Assembly (NCBI GenBank): GCA_963780375.1
Contig: CAWABV010000008.1
Location: 1,002,052-1,066,051, forward strand
Source of the DNA: an uncultured Chloroflexia bacterium
Lineage (GTDB): Bacteria; Chloroflexota; Limnocylindria; Limnocylindrales; CSP1-4
DNA length: 64,000 nt
Direction: 5' to 3'
Shown here: one piece after another, positions 1-8,757 of the stretch
How positions within the stretch are numbered: position 1 is the first letter of the stretch
How the letters are laid out: the number at the start of each line of letters is the position of its first letter
Translations under genes and position numbers: made by a program
The notes under the pieces: generated by a model
What the model was told of the DNA's origin: nothing
The model's input: only the letters and a program-made list of their open reading frames with translations
Databases searched by the model: none

Positions 1-63
1 CTCGCCCGCCAGCATCAGCCCGGTCGGACCGGCCCCGGCGATCACCACTTCGTGCTCGGTCAT
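1..63 (-). CDS. FAD-dependent oxidoreductase/monooxygenase, N-terminal 21 codons only (gene runs off the window)
   Basis: The reverse complement of 1-63 reads ATG ACC GAG CAC GAA GTG GTG ATC GCC GGG GCC GGT CCG ACC GGG CTG ATG = MTEHEVVIAGAGPTGLM. This is a Rossmann GxGxxG FAD-binding N-terminus. Confidence 0.45.
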   Translation of the reverse strand, partial: MTEHEVVIAGAGPTGLMLAGE

Positions 64-244
64 CCCCGCACCGTGTCGTCGTTGCCCATCGGCCGATCGT
101 GGTCGATGGCGGTGCGGTGGTCAATCGAGGACGACGCGGCATCGTCCCGTGGGTCTCGTCGGGTATCGTGGGGCGGCCCAGCCGTCGTTCTGGCCGGACC
201 CGCGCCAGTCCTGCGCACCACCCCCGCCCGTCCCGGGAAGAGCC

Positions 245-2083
245 ATGGACCACGAGCCCGTACTCATCTCGACCATCGCGATCGGCCTGACTGCCGCGTT
301 CATCGGCGGCTTCGTGGCTCGCCGCCTCGGGCTGCCGGCGATCGTGGGCTACATCGTCGCGGGCGTCGCGATCGGCCCCTTCACTCCGGGTCTTGTGGCC
401 GACCCCAGCATCGCGACCGAGCTGGCCGAGATCGGCGTGATCCTGCTGATGTTCGGCGTCGGCATCCACTTCTCGTTCCGGGACCTCCTCGCCGTCCGGC
501 GGATCGCGATCCCCGGCGCGATCATCCAGATCGCGGTCGCGACGATCCTGGGGACCTGGCTCGGTGTGGTCCTCGGCTACGGCGTCGGCGGCGGGCTCGT
601 CCTTGGCCTCGCGATCTCCGTGGCAAGCACCGTCGTGCTCCTGCGCGCCCTCGAGGATCGGAACGAGCTCGACACGCAGCAGGGACGTATCGCCGTCGGC
701 TGGCTGATCGTCGAGGACCTGTTCACCGTCGTCGTCCTCGTGCTCCTGCCCCTGATCGCTCCGATGCTGGGTGCCATCCCGAGCGCGGAACACGGCACCG
801 TATCGGGTTCGATCGGCGCTGGCGGCCTCGCCGAGGTCCTCTTCGCCATCGCGAAGGCCGCGGTCTTCGCCGTGCTGATGGTGGTCGCCGGGGCTCGGCT
901 CATCCCGTGGCTACTTCTCCAGGTCGCGCGGCAGGGCTCGCGCGAGCTCTTCACGCTCGCGGTCCTCGCGATCGCTCTCGGGATCGCCTATGCCGCATCG
1001 TCGGTATTCGGCGTGTCGTTCGCCCTCGGCGCGTTCCTCGCCGGACTGGTCGTGAGCGAATCGGACATGAGCCATCAGGCGGCAGCCGACGCGCTACCGC
1101 TCCGCGACGCCTTCGCCGTCCTGTTCTTCGTGTCGGTCGGGATGCTGCTCGACCCGTCATACCTGCTCGCCAACCCGCTACCGGTCCTGGCGATGGTCGG
1201 GTTGATCGTCCTCGCCCAGCCGCTGGCGGCGTTCCTCATCGTCGTCGTCTTCGGCTATCCGACGCGGATCGCCCTGACCGTCGCCTCCGCGCTCGGCCAG
1301 ATCGGCGAGTTTTCGTTCATCCTCGGCACGCTCGGCCTGGCGCTCGGCCTCCTACCGGACGAGGGTTTCCAGCTGGTCGTCGCCGGGGCGCTGTTGTCCA
1401 TCGCCGTCAACCCGGTGCTGTTCGCGCTCATCGAGCCCTTAGACCGGCGGCTTCGTGACCAGCCATGGCTGGTCCGCGTCAACCGTCGCCGCATCGGCGA
1501 GCTCGCCACGCTCGGCGCGGAACAGCGGGCAACGCTCGTGAACCACGCGGTGATCTGCGGCTATGGCCGGGTCGGCCGGCTCATCGGGCCGGCGCTCGAG
1601 CGGCGAGGGTTCAAGTACGCGGTCATCACGCAGCAGCGCGACGAGGTCGATCGCCTGCGATCCCAGGGCGTCATCGCCATCTACGGCGACGCGGCGCACA
1701 CCGAAGTCCTCGAGATGGCCGGAGTCGAAGCCGCCCGCCTCGTCATCGTCGCGACGTCAGAGCCGAACGAGACGCGCCTGATCGTCGAGCGCGTCCAGGC
1801 CCTCGATCCGGGCGTCGACGTCGTGGTCCGCACGCACAGCGACGGCGAGGCGGCCCATCTCCGATCGCTCGGCGGAAAGGTGCAAGCGGTGCACGGGGAG
1901 CGCGAGCTCGCTGTGCAGATGGCGCGCTACTCGCTGCGCCGGTTCGGTCTCAGCAGCGCCGAAGCCGAGGCGGTCGCCCAGGGTCTGCGAGGGCGGGCGG
2001 TGGTCGTGAGTGAGGCGAGGCAGGCACCGCTCGCAGGAGCCGTCGGACGGCTCCGGGGATGGATCAGCGGCCGACGAGGGTGA
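245..2083 (+). CDS. CPA2-family monovalent cation:proton antiporter (Kef/YbaL-like) with C-terminal RCK/TrkA-N domain
   Basis: ATG at 245 (MDHEPVLISTIAIGL...) lies in frame with the 149..2083 ORF. The protein has multiple TM helices and the C-terminal segment VICGYGRVGRLIGPALERRGFKYAVI...VIAIYGDAAHTEVLEMAGVEAARLVIVA, which is a TrkA-N NAD-binding fold. Confidence 0.8.
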   Translation: MDHEPVLISTIAIGLTAAFIGGFVARRLGLPAIVGYIVAGVAIGPFTPGLVADPSIATELAEIGVILLMFGVGIHFSFRDLLAVRRIAIPGAIIQIAVATILGTWLGVVLGYGVGGGLVLGLAISVASTVVLLRALEDRNELDTQQGRIAVGWLIVEDLFTVVVLVLLPLIAPMLGAIPSAEHGTVSGSIGAGGLAEVLFAIAKAAVFAVLMVVAGARLIPWLLLQVARQGSRELFTLAVLAIALGIAYAASSVFGVSFALGAFLAGLVVSESDMSHQAAADALPLRDAFAVLFFVSVGMLLDPSYLLANPLPVLAMVGLIVLAQPLAAFLIVVVFGYPTRIALTVASALGQIGEFSFILGTLGLALGLLPDEGFQLVVAGALLSIAVNPVLFALIEPLDRRLRDQPWLVRVNRRRIGELATLGAEQRATLVNHAVICGYGRVGRLIGPALERRGFKYAVITQQRDEVDRLRSQGVIAIYGDAAHTEVLEMAGVEAARLVIVATSEPNETRLIVERVQALDPGVDVVVRTHSDGEAAHLRSLGGKVQAVHGERELAVQMARYSLRRFGLSSAEAEAVAQGLRGRAVVVSEARQAPLAGAVGRLRGWISGRRG

Positions 2084-2506
2084 TCCGGTGATCCGCGCGT
2101 AGTTCGAGAACCACGCGTCGCGGTCGACGACCTTCCCCGCGCGGTCGCGAACGGTCCGCGTGACCGACACCTGGAACCCGGCGACCGGGTACTCGATCCG
2201 CTTCGCTGAGCCGGCGGGCAGGCTGGAGGTGTACTCCACCACATCCGACGGAGCGCGATAGTTCCGCTTGGGGCCGGTCGCGAAGGTCACCCTCCGCCCG
2301 TTCGGGACGCTGTAGACCTCGAACTTGACGTAGCCGCTCCCGCCGTTCCGCCAGCCCATCCCACGGATCAGCAGCGGGTAGTCGGTGTCGTTGGTGAAGG
2401 ACATCGTCTGCTTCGAGCCAGAGGCGCTGATGAAGACGGTCGCGTCCAGCCCGACCGGATAGCGGTTGGCCTGTACCGGCTCGGCGGTCAGCCGTCGCCG
2501 GGCCAT
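1757..2506 (-). pseudogene. N-terminally truncated VanW-domain / G5-like fragment (remnant); the 3' part of the ORF overlaps the convergent antiporter gene and is probably not real
   Basis: The ORF begins 6 nt after the jag stop. Its first ~60 aa (PVGLDATVFISASGSKQTMSFTNDTDYPLLIRG...YVKFEVYSV) match only the C-terminal end of VanW domains. A G5-like segment follows (SSLPAGSAKRIEYPVAGFQVSVTRTVRDRAGKVVDRDAWFSNYARITG). The conserved VanW core and the N-terminal TM/PG-binding part are absent. Confidence 0.35.
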
Positions 2507-2511
2507 CTAGC

Positions 2512-3504
2512 TTAGCCGCCTCGCGGTACGAGGACGACGCGACGGTTCGGCTCCTCGCCGATCGACTGCGTCGCGACGCCAGAGTGATCGCGCAACGTGA
2601 GGTGGATCCAGCGGCGCTCAAGCGCCGGCATCGGTTCGAGTTGGAGCATCTTGCCGGTCTCCATCACCCGCGCCGCAGCACGATCGGCGAGCTCACGCAG
2701 CTGCCGTTCGCGGCGGCCCCGGTAGTCCTCGACGTCGACGAGGACACGGGTCCACGAGCCCATCTCCTTGGAGAGCATCAGGTTCACGAGATGCTGCAGG
2801 GCGGACAGCCGCTCACCCTTTCGGCCGATGAGCGCGCCCAGCGAATCGCGGTCATCGCCCTGGGCGACGACGTTGAGCCGGCTCGTCTCGCCGGCGGCGA
2901 CTTCTACTGTCGCGTTGAAGCCGAGGTGACCCATCAGCGTCTCGAGGATGCGCTTCCCGGCGGCGAGTGCCTCGGGCGATGCCTCGGATGCCTCGAGGTC
3001 GGCGCGTTCGGCGGCAAGCGAGCCGCGTGCGGCGGCAACCTCGGCAGCCTCCGACGCCGAGACGTCGCTGCCGCCGCGCTGGGCGCCGCGCGAGCTTCGG
3101 TCGTCACGGCGCGGGGGACGGTCGTCCCGCGGCCGATCGTCGCGGCGCGGGCCGCGGTCGTCACGCCGGGGCGGCCGGCCGCTCCGGTCGTCCCGCCGCG
3201 GTCCGCGATCGCTGTACTCGCGCGGGCGGTCGTCGCGCTGGGGTCCGCGGTCGTCGTACTCGCGCGGGGGCGGCGGGGGCAGGGGCTGCGATGCGGCAGC
3301 GTCCCGCTTCGGCGCGGCGCCGCCGAGGGCGCTCCGTGGCGCCGCGACGATACGGGCCGGCTCGGCGCCCATACCCAGGACGCCCCGACTCCCGGGGGTC
3401 AGGATCTCGAAATCGAGGTCGTTGAGCTCGGCACCGAACTCGTCGCGCGCTTCCTTCAGCGCCTCCTCGACGGTCTTGCCCGAAAACTCCTTGTAGGCAC
3501 TCAT
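2512..3504 (-). CDS. jag: Jag/KhpB (SpoIIIJ-associated protein; Jag_N + KH + R3H) with an RDDR-rich low-complexity linker
   Basis: The complement ATG at 3504..3502 gives MSAYKEFSGKTVEEALKEARDEFG, a Jag N-domain. The C-terminal KH/R3H region reads RLNVVAQGDDRDSLGALIGRKGERLSALQHLVNLML...RWIHLTLRD. The gene sits in the conserved position after yidC. Confidence 0.85.
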   Translation of the reverse strand: MSAYKEFSGKTVEEALKEARDEFGAELNDLDFEILTPGSRGVLGMGAEPARIVAAPRSALGGAAPKRDAAASQPLPPPPPREYDDRGPQRDDRPREYSDRGPRRDDRSGRPPRRDDRGPRRDDRPRDDRPPRRDDRSSRGAQRGGSDVSASEAAEVAAARGSLAAERADLEASEASPEALAAGKRILETLMGHLGFNATVEVAAGETSRLNVVAQGDDRDSLGALIGRKGERLSALQHLVNLMLSKEMGSWTRVLVDVEDYRGRRERQLRELADRAAARVMETGKMLQLEPMPALERRWIHLTLRDHSGVATQSIGEEPNRRVVLVPRGG

Positions 3505-3506
3505 GG

Positions 3507-4709
3507 TCAGCGTCGTCTCCCTCGTCGGCCCTGGCGTCCGCGTTCCTTCCGGCGGATCGTCTTGTCGGCCGTGGTCTTCTTCTCGGCGTCGGTCAGGATG
3601 GCCGCTCGCTTGCTCGGATCTGGGGGCGGTGGCATGTCCACCGGGAAGCGCGGGGTGTGATCGACGGCGAACGCCGGCGTCCAGCCGAAGAGCGGGAACA
3701 TCGACCCCCACCCGACGATCAGGTACTGCTGCACGATCGAGAAGATCGTGGCCACGATCCAGTAGATGAACAGGCCGGCCGGCAGGAAGCCGCCGTAGAC
3801 GACCGAGATGATCGGCAGGAACAGCATCATCTGGCGCTGGACCCGCGTGTTCGGATCGTCGTTCGTGGGGTCGGCCGCGGGGAGCATCATCCGCGACTGC
3901 ACCAGCTGGAGCCCCGCCGACAGGATGGCCAGGATGCTGATCCCGAAGCCCGCGATCGAGGCGATCGTAGAGGGCTTGCTCACGTCGATCTCCAGCCCGA
4001 AGAACGGGATGACGGTATCGATGCACGGACCGAGGGCCGCGCTCGGCAGGCCCGTCGCAGGATCGAGGTTGGTGCACGTCAGCGGGACGACCTGGACGCC
4101 CGCGACCGTCAGCATCGCGCGCGGGTCGACGTTGGTCAGCCCGTGCTGGATGACGGAATACATGATGAACAGGAGGGGGAGCTGCAGGAGGAGCGGCAGG
4201 CAACCGGCCAGGACGTTGACGCCGCGCTCGCGCATCAGCTCCTGCTGTGCCGCACGGACCTTCATCGAGTCGCCCTTGAACCGCCGCTGGATCTCCTTGA
4301 GCTCCGGCTGGAGGAGCTGCATCCGGCGCTGCGACACGAGCTGCTTGCGGTACAGCGGGATCAGGACCCCGCGTACGACGAGGGTCAGGACGACGATGCC
4401 CCAGGCGATCGCACCCGGGAAGCCGAGGTTGTAGAGGAATTCGTAGACGCCGACCATGACGATGAACATCGCCTGGAAGATCGGCGTGAACAGCCAGGCG
4501 AGCAGGCTGACCGGGTCTGCGCCCGGCGTGGCCGGGGTCAGCGGTGGGGCTGGGGTCGGTGATGCGCCATTGGCCCCGGGGGCGCCCGGCACGCAGGCGA
4601 CGACCAGCGGGATGATCGCGAAGATCACGAGCCCTGGCAGCATCCGGCGCAGGGCGGGGGACAGGGTCACGGGCTGGGAGCCTTCGCTATCGGACCGGGT
4701 CATACCCAC
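3507..4709 (-). CDS. yidC: membrane protein insertase YidC/Oxa1 family
   Basis: Contains [68 protein letters not shown] and multiple TM segments. It lies directly downstream of yidD, and its 3' end abuts the jag start. Confidence 0.85.
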   Translation of the reverse strand: MGMTRSDSEGSQPVTLSPALRRMLPGLVIFAIIPLVVACVPGAPGANGASPTPAPPLTPATPGADPVSLLAWLFTPIFQAMFIVMVGVYEFLYNLGFPGAIAWGIVVLTLVVRGVLIPLYRKQLVSQRRMQLLQPELKEIQRRFKGDSMKVRAAQQELMRERGVNVLAGCLPLLLQLPLLFIMYSVIQHGLTNVDPRAMLTVAGVQVVPLTCTNLDPATGLPSAALGPCIDTVIPFFGLEIDVSKPSTIASIAGFGISILAILSAGLQLVQSRMMLPAADPTNDDPNTRVQRQMMLFLPIISVVYGGFLPAGLFIYWIVATIFSIVQQYLIVGWGSMFPLFGWTPAFAVDHTPRFPVDMPPPPDPSKRAAILTDAEKKTTADKTIRRKERGRQGRRGRRR

Positions 4710-4893
4710 CCGGGTTCCAGGGGTGACATCGGGCGATCCTCTTGGCCCCCATCCAGCTTCCTTTGAACAGGCCGTACTTCTGGATCGCCTGCTCCGTGTA
4801 GTGCGAACAGGTCGGTTCGAAGCGGCACGACGCGGGAAGCCAGGCGAAGACGATCCGGTAGAGCTTGATGGCCCCGATCCCGATCTGCTTCAT
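4687..4893 (-). CDS. yidD: membrane protein insertion efficiency factor YidD
   Basis: [67 protein letters not shown] is the canonical YidD sequence. The gene overlaps the rnpA stop. Confidence 0.85.
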   Translation of the reverse strand: MKQIGIGAIKLYRIVFAWLPASCRFEPTCSHYTEQAIQKYGLFKGSWMGAKRIARCHPWNPGGYDPVR

Positions 4894-5222
4894 CGACCGA
4901 TCCCTCCGAGCACGCCGCCCCGGACGAGTATCCGCTGCAACGCTCCGACCAGTGCGTCATGGTCGGCCTTGACGATGCCAGGCCGGGCGATGATGAGGAC
5001 GTCCCAGCCGGGCTGGAACGAGGGCGCCATCACCCTTAGCGCCTCGCGGAGTCGGCGGCGGACTCGGTTCCGGACGACCGCACTTCCCAACTTGCGTCCG
5101 GTCGAGATGCCGAAGCGTGTCGTCGCGAGGTCGGTCCGCAGGAACCGGGCGGAGAACAGCGGGTGGGACCTGGTCGTTCCCTTCTCCTGGATCGCCGCGA
5201 AGTCCTGCGGTCGGGAGAGCAT
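4890..5222 (-). CDS. rnpA: ribonuclease P protein component
   Basis: The complement ATG at 5222 gives [63 protein letters not shown], 110 aa. Its stop overlaps the yidD start (ATGA). Confidence 0.8.
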   Translation of the reverse strand: MLSRPQDFAAIQEKGTTRSHPLFSARFLRTDLATTRFGISTGRKLGSAVVRNRVRRRLREALRVMAPSFQPGWDVLIIARPGIVKADHDALVGALQRILVRGGVLGGIGR

Positions 5223-5257
5223 CACGAGTCGCGGCGACGATGTGCCGCGATCGCTGG

Positions 5258-5395
5258 TCAGGCCGTCAGTCGCTTCCGACCCCGAGCTCGCCGCGCAGCC
5301 AGGATCCGGCGTCCCGCGGTCGTCTTCATGCGGGCGCGAAAGCCGTGCTCCTTGGCTCGATGGCGCTTCTTGGGTTGGTACGTCTGCTTGGTCAA
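5258..5395 (-). CDS. rpmH: 50S ribosomal protein L34
   Basis: TTG start at 5395. The protein reads (M)[44 protein letters not shown], 45 aa, a textbook L34. Confidence 0.85.
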   Translation of the reverse strand: MTKQTYQPKKRHRAKEHGFRARMKTTAGRRILAARRARGRKRLTA

Positions 5396-5881
5396 GGCGG
5401 TCCTGCGATCCTCTCGGTCCGACCTCGGGGACGGACGCTCGTCTTCCCCTAGAGGCACGCAAACGCGCCGGTGCCCCGCGGGACACATGGCGCGTCGTCG
5501 TCCGGCGGATGATAGGTCGGCTCCGGAGTGGGTGTCAAACGTGCGACACGGCCGGTGACGCAGCCGAGACGGCAGCCGATGTGGTCCGCCCTGACCGGCG
5601 AGGGGGCCTTGTCGGGCGGTTCGCACGTATACCCCCAGGGAGTATGCGCGAATCGCCTTGCGACGCGATCTTGGCCGGTGCTATCCTCTGCGGGCCCTCG
5701 GCGCCGGAGACGTTGCGGGAAGACGCCAGCAGGCCTCGTGGAGGGGCGCAGGCAGCGGTGATCCGGCCTCGTCGGATGGACGTCATTCGGACGTTCCACC
5801 GCCCCCAGCGCCACGACCGGGACACTGGCCCGCCGCTCTGTTATCGACCCGTCAACCCCGAACGCAGGTCCTATCGAACGA

Positions 5882-7267
5882 ATGGACGCCAAGCAGGTCT
5901 GGCGAGCTGCCCTGGGTGAACTCCAGGTGTCCCTATCGCCCGCCAACTACGAGACGTGGCTGCGCGACACGCGTCTCGTCGACGTCGACGAGCAACGCTT
6001 CCGGATCGCCGTCCCGAACGGCTTCGCCAAGGACTGGCTCGAGACCCGCTACCGCTCGCTGATCAGCCAGACCCTTGCCCGCATCGTCGGCTACAGCGTC
6101 CAGGTCGAGTTCGTGGTCGGTCCGGCACCGGCGGAGCCGATCGTCGACGGTGGCGAGAGCCCACAGCCGGCGGCGTCGACGAACGGTCTCAACGGCCAGG
6201 AGGTCCGCGTCGAGGCGACCCGGATCGGCGGCGAGGGCGGCGCGACCAACCTGAACCCGCGCTACACGTTCGCGAACTTCATCGTCGGTTCGGCGAACCG
6301 CCTCGGGCACGCCGCGAGCCTATCGGTCGCCGAGCGCCCGGGCCATGCCTACAACCCGCTGTTCCTGTACGGCGGCGTGGGGCTGGGCAAGACGCACCTG
6401 ATGCACGCCATCGGCAACCAGGTCATCGCCAGGTTCCCGCGCAAGCGCGTGGTCTACGCGACCTCCGAGAAGTTCACGAACGAGTTCATCACCAGCATCC
6501 AGCAGGGCAAGATCGACGAGTTCCGGTCGCGCTACCGCCGGATCGACCTCCTCCTCATCGATGACATCCAGTTCATCGCCGACAAGGAGCGGACCCAGGA
6601 GGAGTTCTTCCACACGTTCAATGCGATCCATGAGGACGGCAAGCAGATCGTCCTCTCCAGCGACCGGCCGCCGAAGGCGATCCTGACCCTCGAGGAACGG
6701 CTTCGGTCGAGGTTCGAGTGGGGTCTGATCGCCGACCTGACGTCGCCGGATCTCGAGACGCGCATCGCGATCCTCCGCGCCAAAGCCGAGGAGGGCGCGG
6801 TCCCGATCACATCCGACGTGGTCGAGTTCATCGCGCGCAAGGTCGTCTCGAACGTCCGCGAGCTCGAGGGCGCGCTGAATCGCATCGTCGCCTTCGCGAG
6901 CATGGGCGCGACGCCGATCAGCATCGAGCTCGCCCAGGCCGTCCTCTCGAACGTCCTCTACAACCCGAAGAAGCGGCAGGTAACCCCGGAGCGGATCGCC
7001 AAGGCGGTGTCCGACTACTACAGCGTCCCGATGGAGGTGCTCCAGGGCCAGAAGCGCGACAAGGCGATCGTCATGCCACGCCAGATCGCGATGTTCCTGA
7101 TGCGCGAGGAGACCGACGTCTCCCTGCTCCGGATCGGTGCCGAGCTCGGCGGGCGCGACCATTCGACGGTCCTCCACGCCTGCGACAAGATCTCGCGCGA
7201 GGTCGCCAACAACGACGAGCTGCGGCGCGAGATCGCTGCCGTCCGCGAGCTGATCTACGCCGAGTAG
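5882..7267 (+). CDS. dnaA: chromosomal replication initiator DnaA
   Basis: The N-terminus MDAKQVWRAALGELQVSLSPANYETWL matches DnaA. The AAA+ Walker A reads GGVGLGKTHLMHAIGNQ. The C-terminal DnaA-box binding domain reads ...DHSTVLHACDKISRE.... Confidence 0.95.
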   Translation: MDAKQVWRAALGELQVSLSPANYETWLRDTRLVDVDEQRFRIAVPNGFAKDWLETRYRSLISQTLARIVGYSVQVEFVVGPAPAEPIVDGGESPQPAASTNGLNGQEVRVEATRIGGEGGATNLNPRYTFANFIVGSANRLGHAASLSVAERPGHAYNPLFLYGGVGLGKTHLMHAIGNQVIARFPRKRVVYATSEKFTNEFITSIQQGKIDEFRSRYRRIDLLLIDDIQFIADKERTQEEFFHTFNAIHEDGKQIVLSSDRPPKAILTLEERLRSRFEWGLIADLTSPDLETRIAILRAKAEEGAVPITSDVVEFIARKVVSNVRELEGALNRIVAFASMGATPISIELAQAVLSNVLYNPKKRQVTPERIAKAVSDYYSVPMEVLQGQKRDKAIVMPRQIAMFLMREETDVSLLRIGAELGGRDHSTVLHACDKISREVANNDELRREIAAVRELIYAE

Positions 7268-7637
7268 GCGGATCCTCGCGCGCACCCATCATCTCGGCGG
7301 GGGATATCTCGCTGAAATGCGCACCGGCGTCGTGGATATGCGGGTGCAATGTCTCCCTTGCTGACCGTCGAGTCGCGACCTGTCCCCAGGCCATCGACCA
7401 CCGGGTCCCCCACCTGGACCTCCTTGTCCACGACTGGACCCGGTACCGTCAACGGCCTCCTGCCGCACGCGGGAGCACGCCCGTCCACGCGGTCCACAGC
7501 GTTATTACGGTGATGACGGAGCTAGAAGAAAGAGAGAAGATACCCACCACGGATCCTCCGGCCGACTCCTCGGACAAGCGTCACCTCGGCCGTCGGAGCA
7601 ATCCTCGTCGGAACACATCGAGTCGGAGCGTGCGCAC
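7268..7637. promoter_or_regulatory. oriC: candidate oriC: DnaA-box cluster plus an AT-rich unwinding element in the dnaA-dnaN spacer
   Basis: Box-like 9-mers against the actinobacterial consensus TTGTCCACA / TGTGGACAA: GTGGATAT (7333-7340), TGTCCCCAG (7381-7389), TTGTCCACG (7424-7432, 8/9), CCGTCCACG (7481-7489), GTCCACA (7492-7498). The segment 7501-7545 (gttattacggtgatgacggagctagaagaaagagagaagatac) is about 42% GC against roughly 70% background. Confidence 0.55.
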
Positions 7638-8756
7638 GTGAAGCTCTCGGTCATGCAGGAGAACCTGGCGCGTGGCTTGTCCATCGTCAGCCGGGCCGTA
7701 TCGAGTCGCAGCACCCTGCCGGTGCTCGCGAACGTCCTGCTCAAGACCGAGGACGCCGGGCTCAAGCTCACCGCGACCAATCTCGAGATCGGGATCACCT
7801 ATTGGGTGCCCGGCAAGGTCGACGAGGATGGCGCGACGACGGTGCCGGCCCGTCTCCTGACCGACCTCGTCAACTCCCTGCCCGCCGGTGACAAGGTCGA
7901 GCTCGAAGTGACCGGTGGCGACACCCTCAACGTCAAGGCCGGCCGCTTCCAGACGCACATCAAGGGCATCAGCGACGAGGAGTTCCCGGCGATCCAGACC
8001 GCGGGCGACCGACCCACGACCCGCATCGCCCAGAACGTCCTTCGGCGCGCCCTCGCCGAGACCGCGTTCGCGGCCGCCAGTGACGAGGCCCGGCCCATCC
8101 TGACCGGCGTCCTGGCGCGGTTCGAAGGCGATCAGCTGACTTTGGCGGCCGCCGACAACTACCGGATCGCCGTGAAGACCGTGCCGATCCTCGATCCGGT
8201 GCCGGAGACCAGCGTCGTCATCCCGGCGCGTGCGCTCAACGAGCTCGCGCGCGTCCTCGCCGACATCGATGACCCGGTCGAGGTCGTCCTGGCCGGTGCG
8301 CGCAACCAGGTGCTCTTCCATCTCGACGGGATCGACCTCGTCAGCCGCCTGATCGACGGCCAGTTCCCGAACTACCAGCAGGTCATGCCCCAGGCGCACG
8401 CGACGCGGGCGGTGCTCGATCGCGAGGAGCTCCTCCGGGCCGTTCGCCCGGCAGCGCTGATCGCCCACGAGTCGGCCAACATCGTGAAGCTCCAGATCGG
8501 CGGCGACGGCGATCCCGGCGTGACGGTCAGCGCGAATGCCGAGGTCGGCGACCACGTCGGGCAGGTCGAGGCGGCGGTCGAGGGCGACGGCACGACCATC
8601 GCCTTCAATGCCCGCTACCTGGCCGACGTCCTGACGAACGTCTCGGCCGACCAGTTCGTGCTGGAGCTCAACGGGCCGCTGTCCCCGGGCGTGTTCAAGC
8701 CGGTCGGCGACGACCGCTACGTGCACGTCGTCATGCCGGTCCGGACGACGTCCTAG
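7638..8756 (+). CDS. dnaN: DNA polymerase III beta sliding clamp
   Basis: GTG start. The protein MKLSVMQENLARGLSIVSRAVSSRSTLPVLANVLLKTEDAGLKLTATNLEIGITYWV shows the three-domain beta-clamp pattern. Confidence 0.95.
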   Translation: MKLSVMQENLARGLSIVSRAVSSRSTLPVLANVLLKTEDAGLKLTATNLEIGITYWVPGKVDEDGATTVPARLLTDLVNSLPAGDKVELEVTGGDTLNVKAGRFQTHIKGISDEEFPAIQTAGDRPTTRIAQNVLRRALAETAFAAASDEARPILTGVLARFEGDQLTLAAADNYRIAVKTVPILDPVPETSVVIPARALNELARVLADIDDPVEVVLAGARNQVLFHLDGIDLVSRLIDGQFPNYQQVMPQAHATRAVLDREELLRAVRPAALIAHESANIVKLQIGGDGDPGVTVSANAEVGDHVGQVEAAVEGDGTTIAFNARYLADVLTNVSADQFVLELNGPLSPGVFKPVGDDRYVHVVMPVRTTS

Positions 8757-8757
8757 C

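Noticed and set aside
52-1458. A 468-aa plus-strand ORF, rich in Arg/Pro/Gly, that overlaps the antiporter gene in another frame.
   Set aside because: Typical high-GC alternate-frame ORF. Its low-complexity RPGD composition shows no domain signal, and the co-located Kef/RCK frame has clear homology.
5396-5881. A second DnaA-box cluster or oriC in the rpmH-dnaA spacer.
   Set aside because: Only two weak matches are present, TGTGGTCC and TTATCGACC, each with at most 7/9 identity. There is no AT-rich segment. The dnaA-dnaN spacer is a much stronger candidate, so this spacer probably holds only the dnaA promoter and autoregulatory sites.
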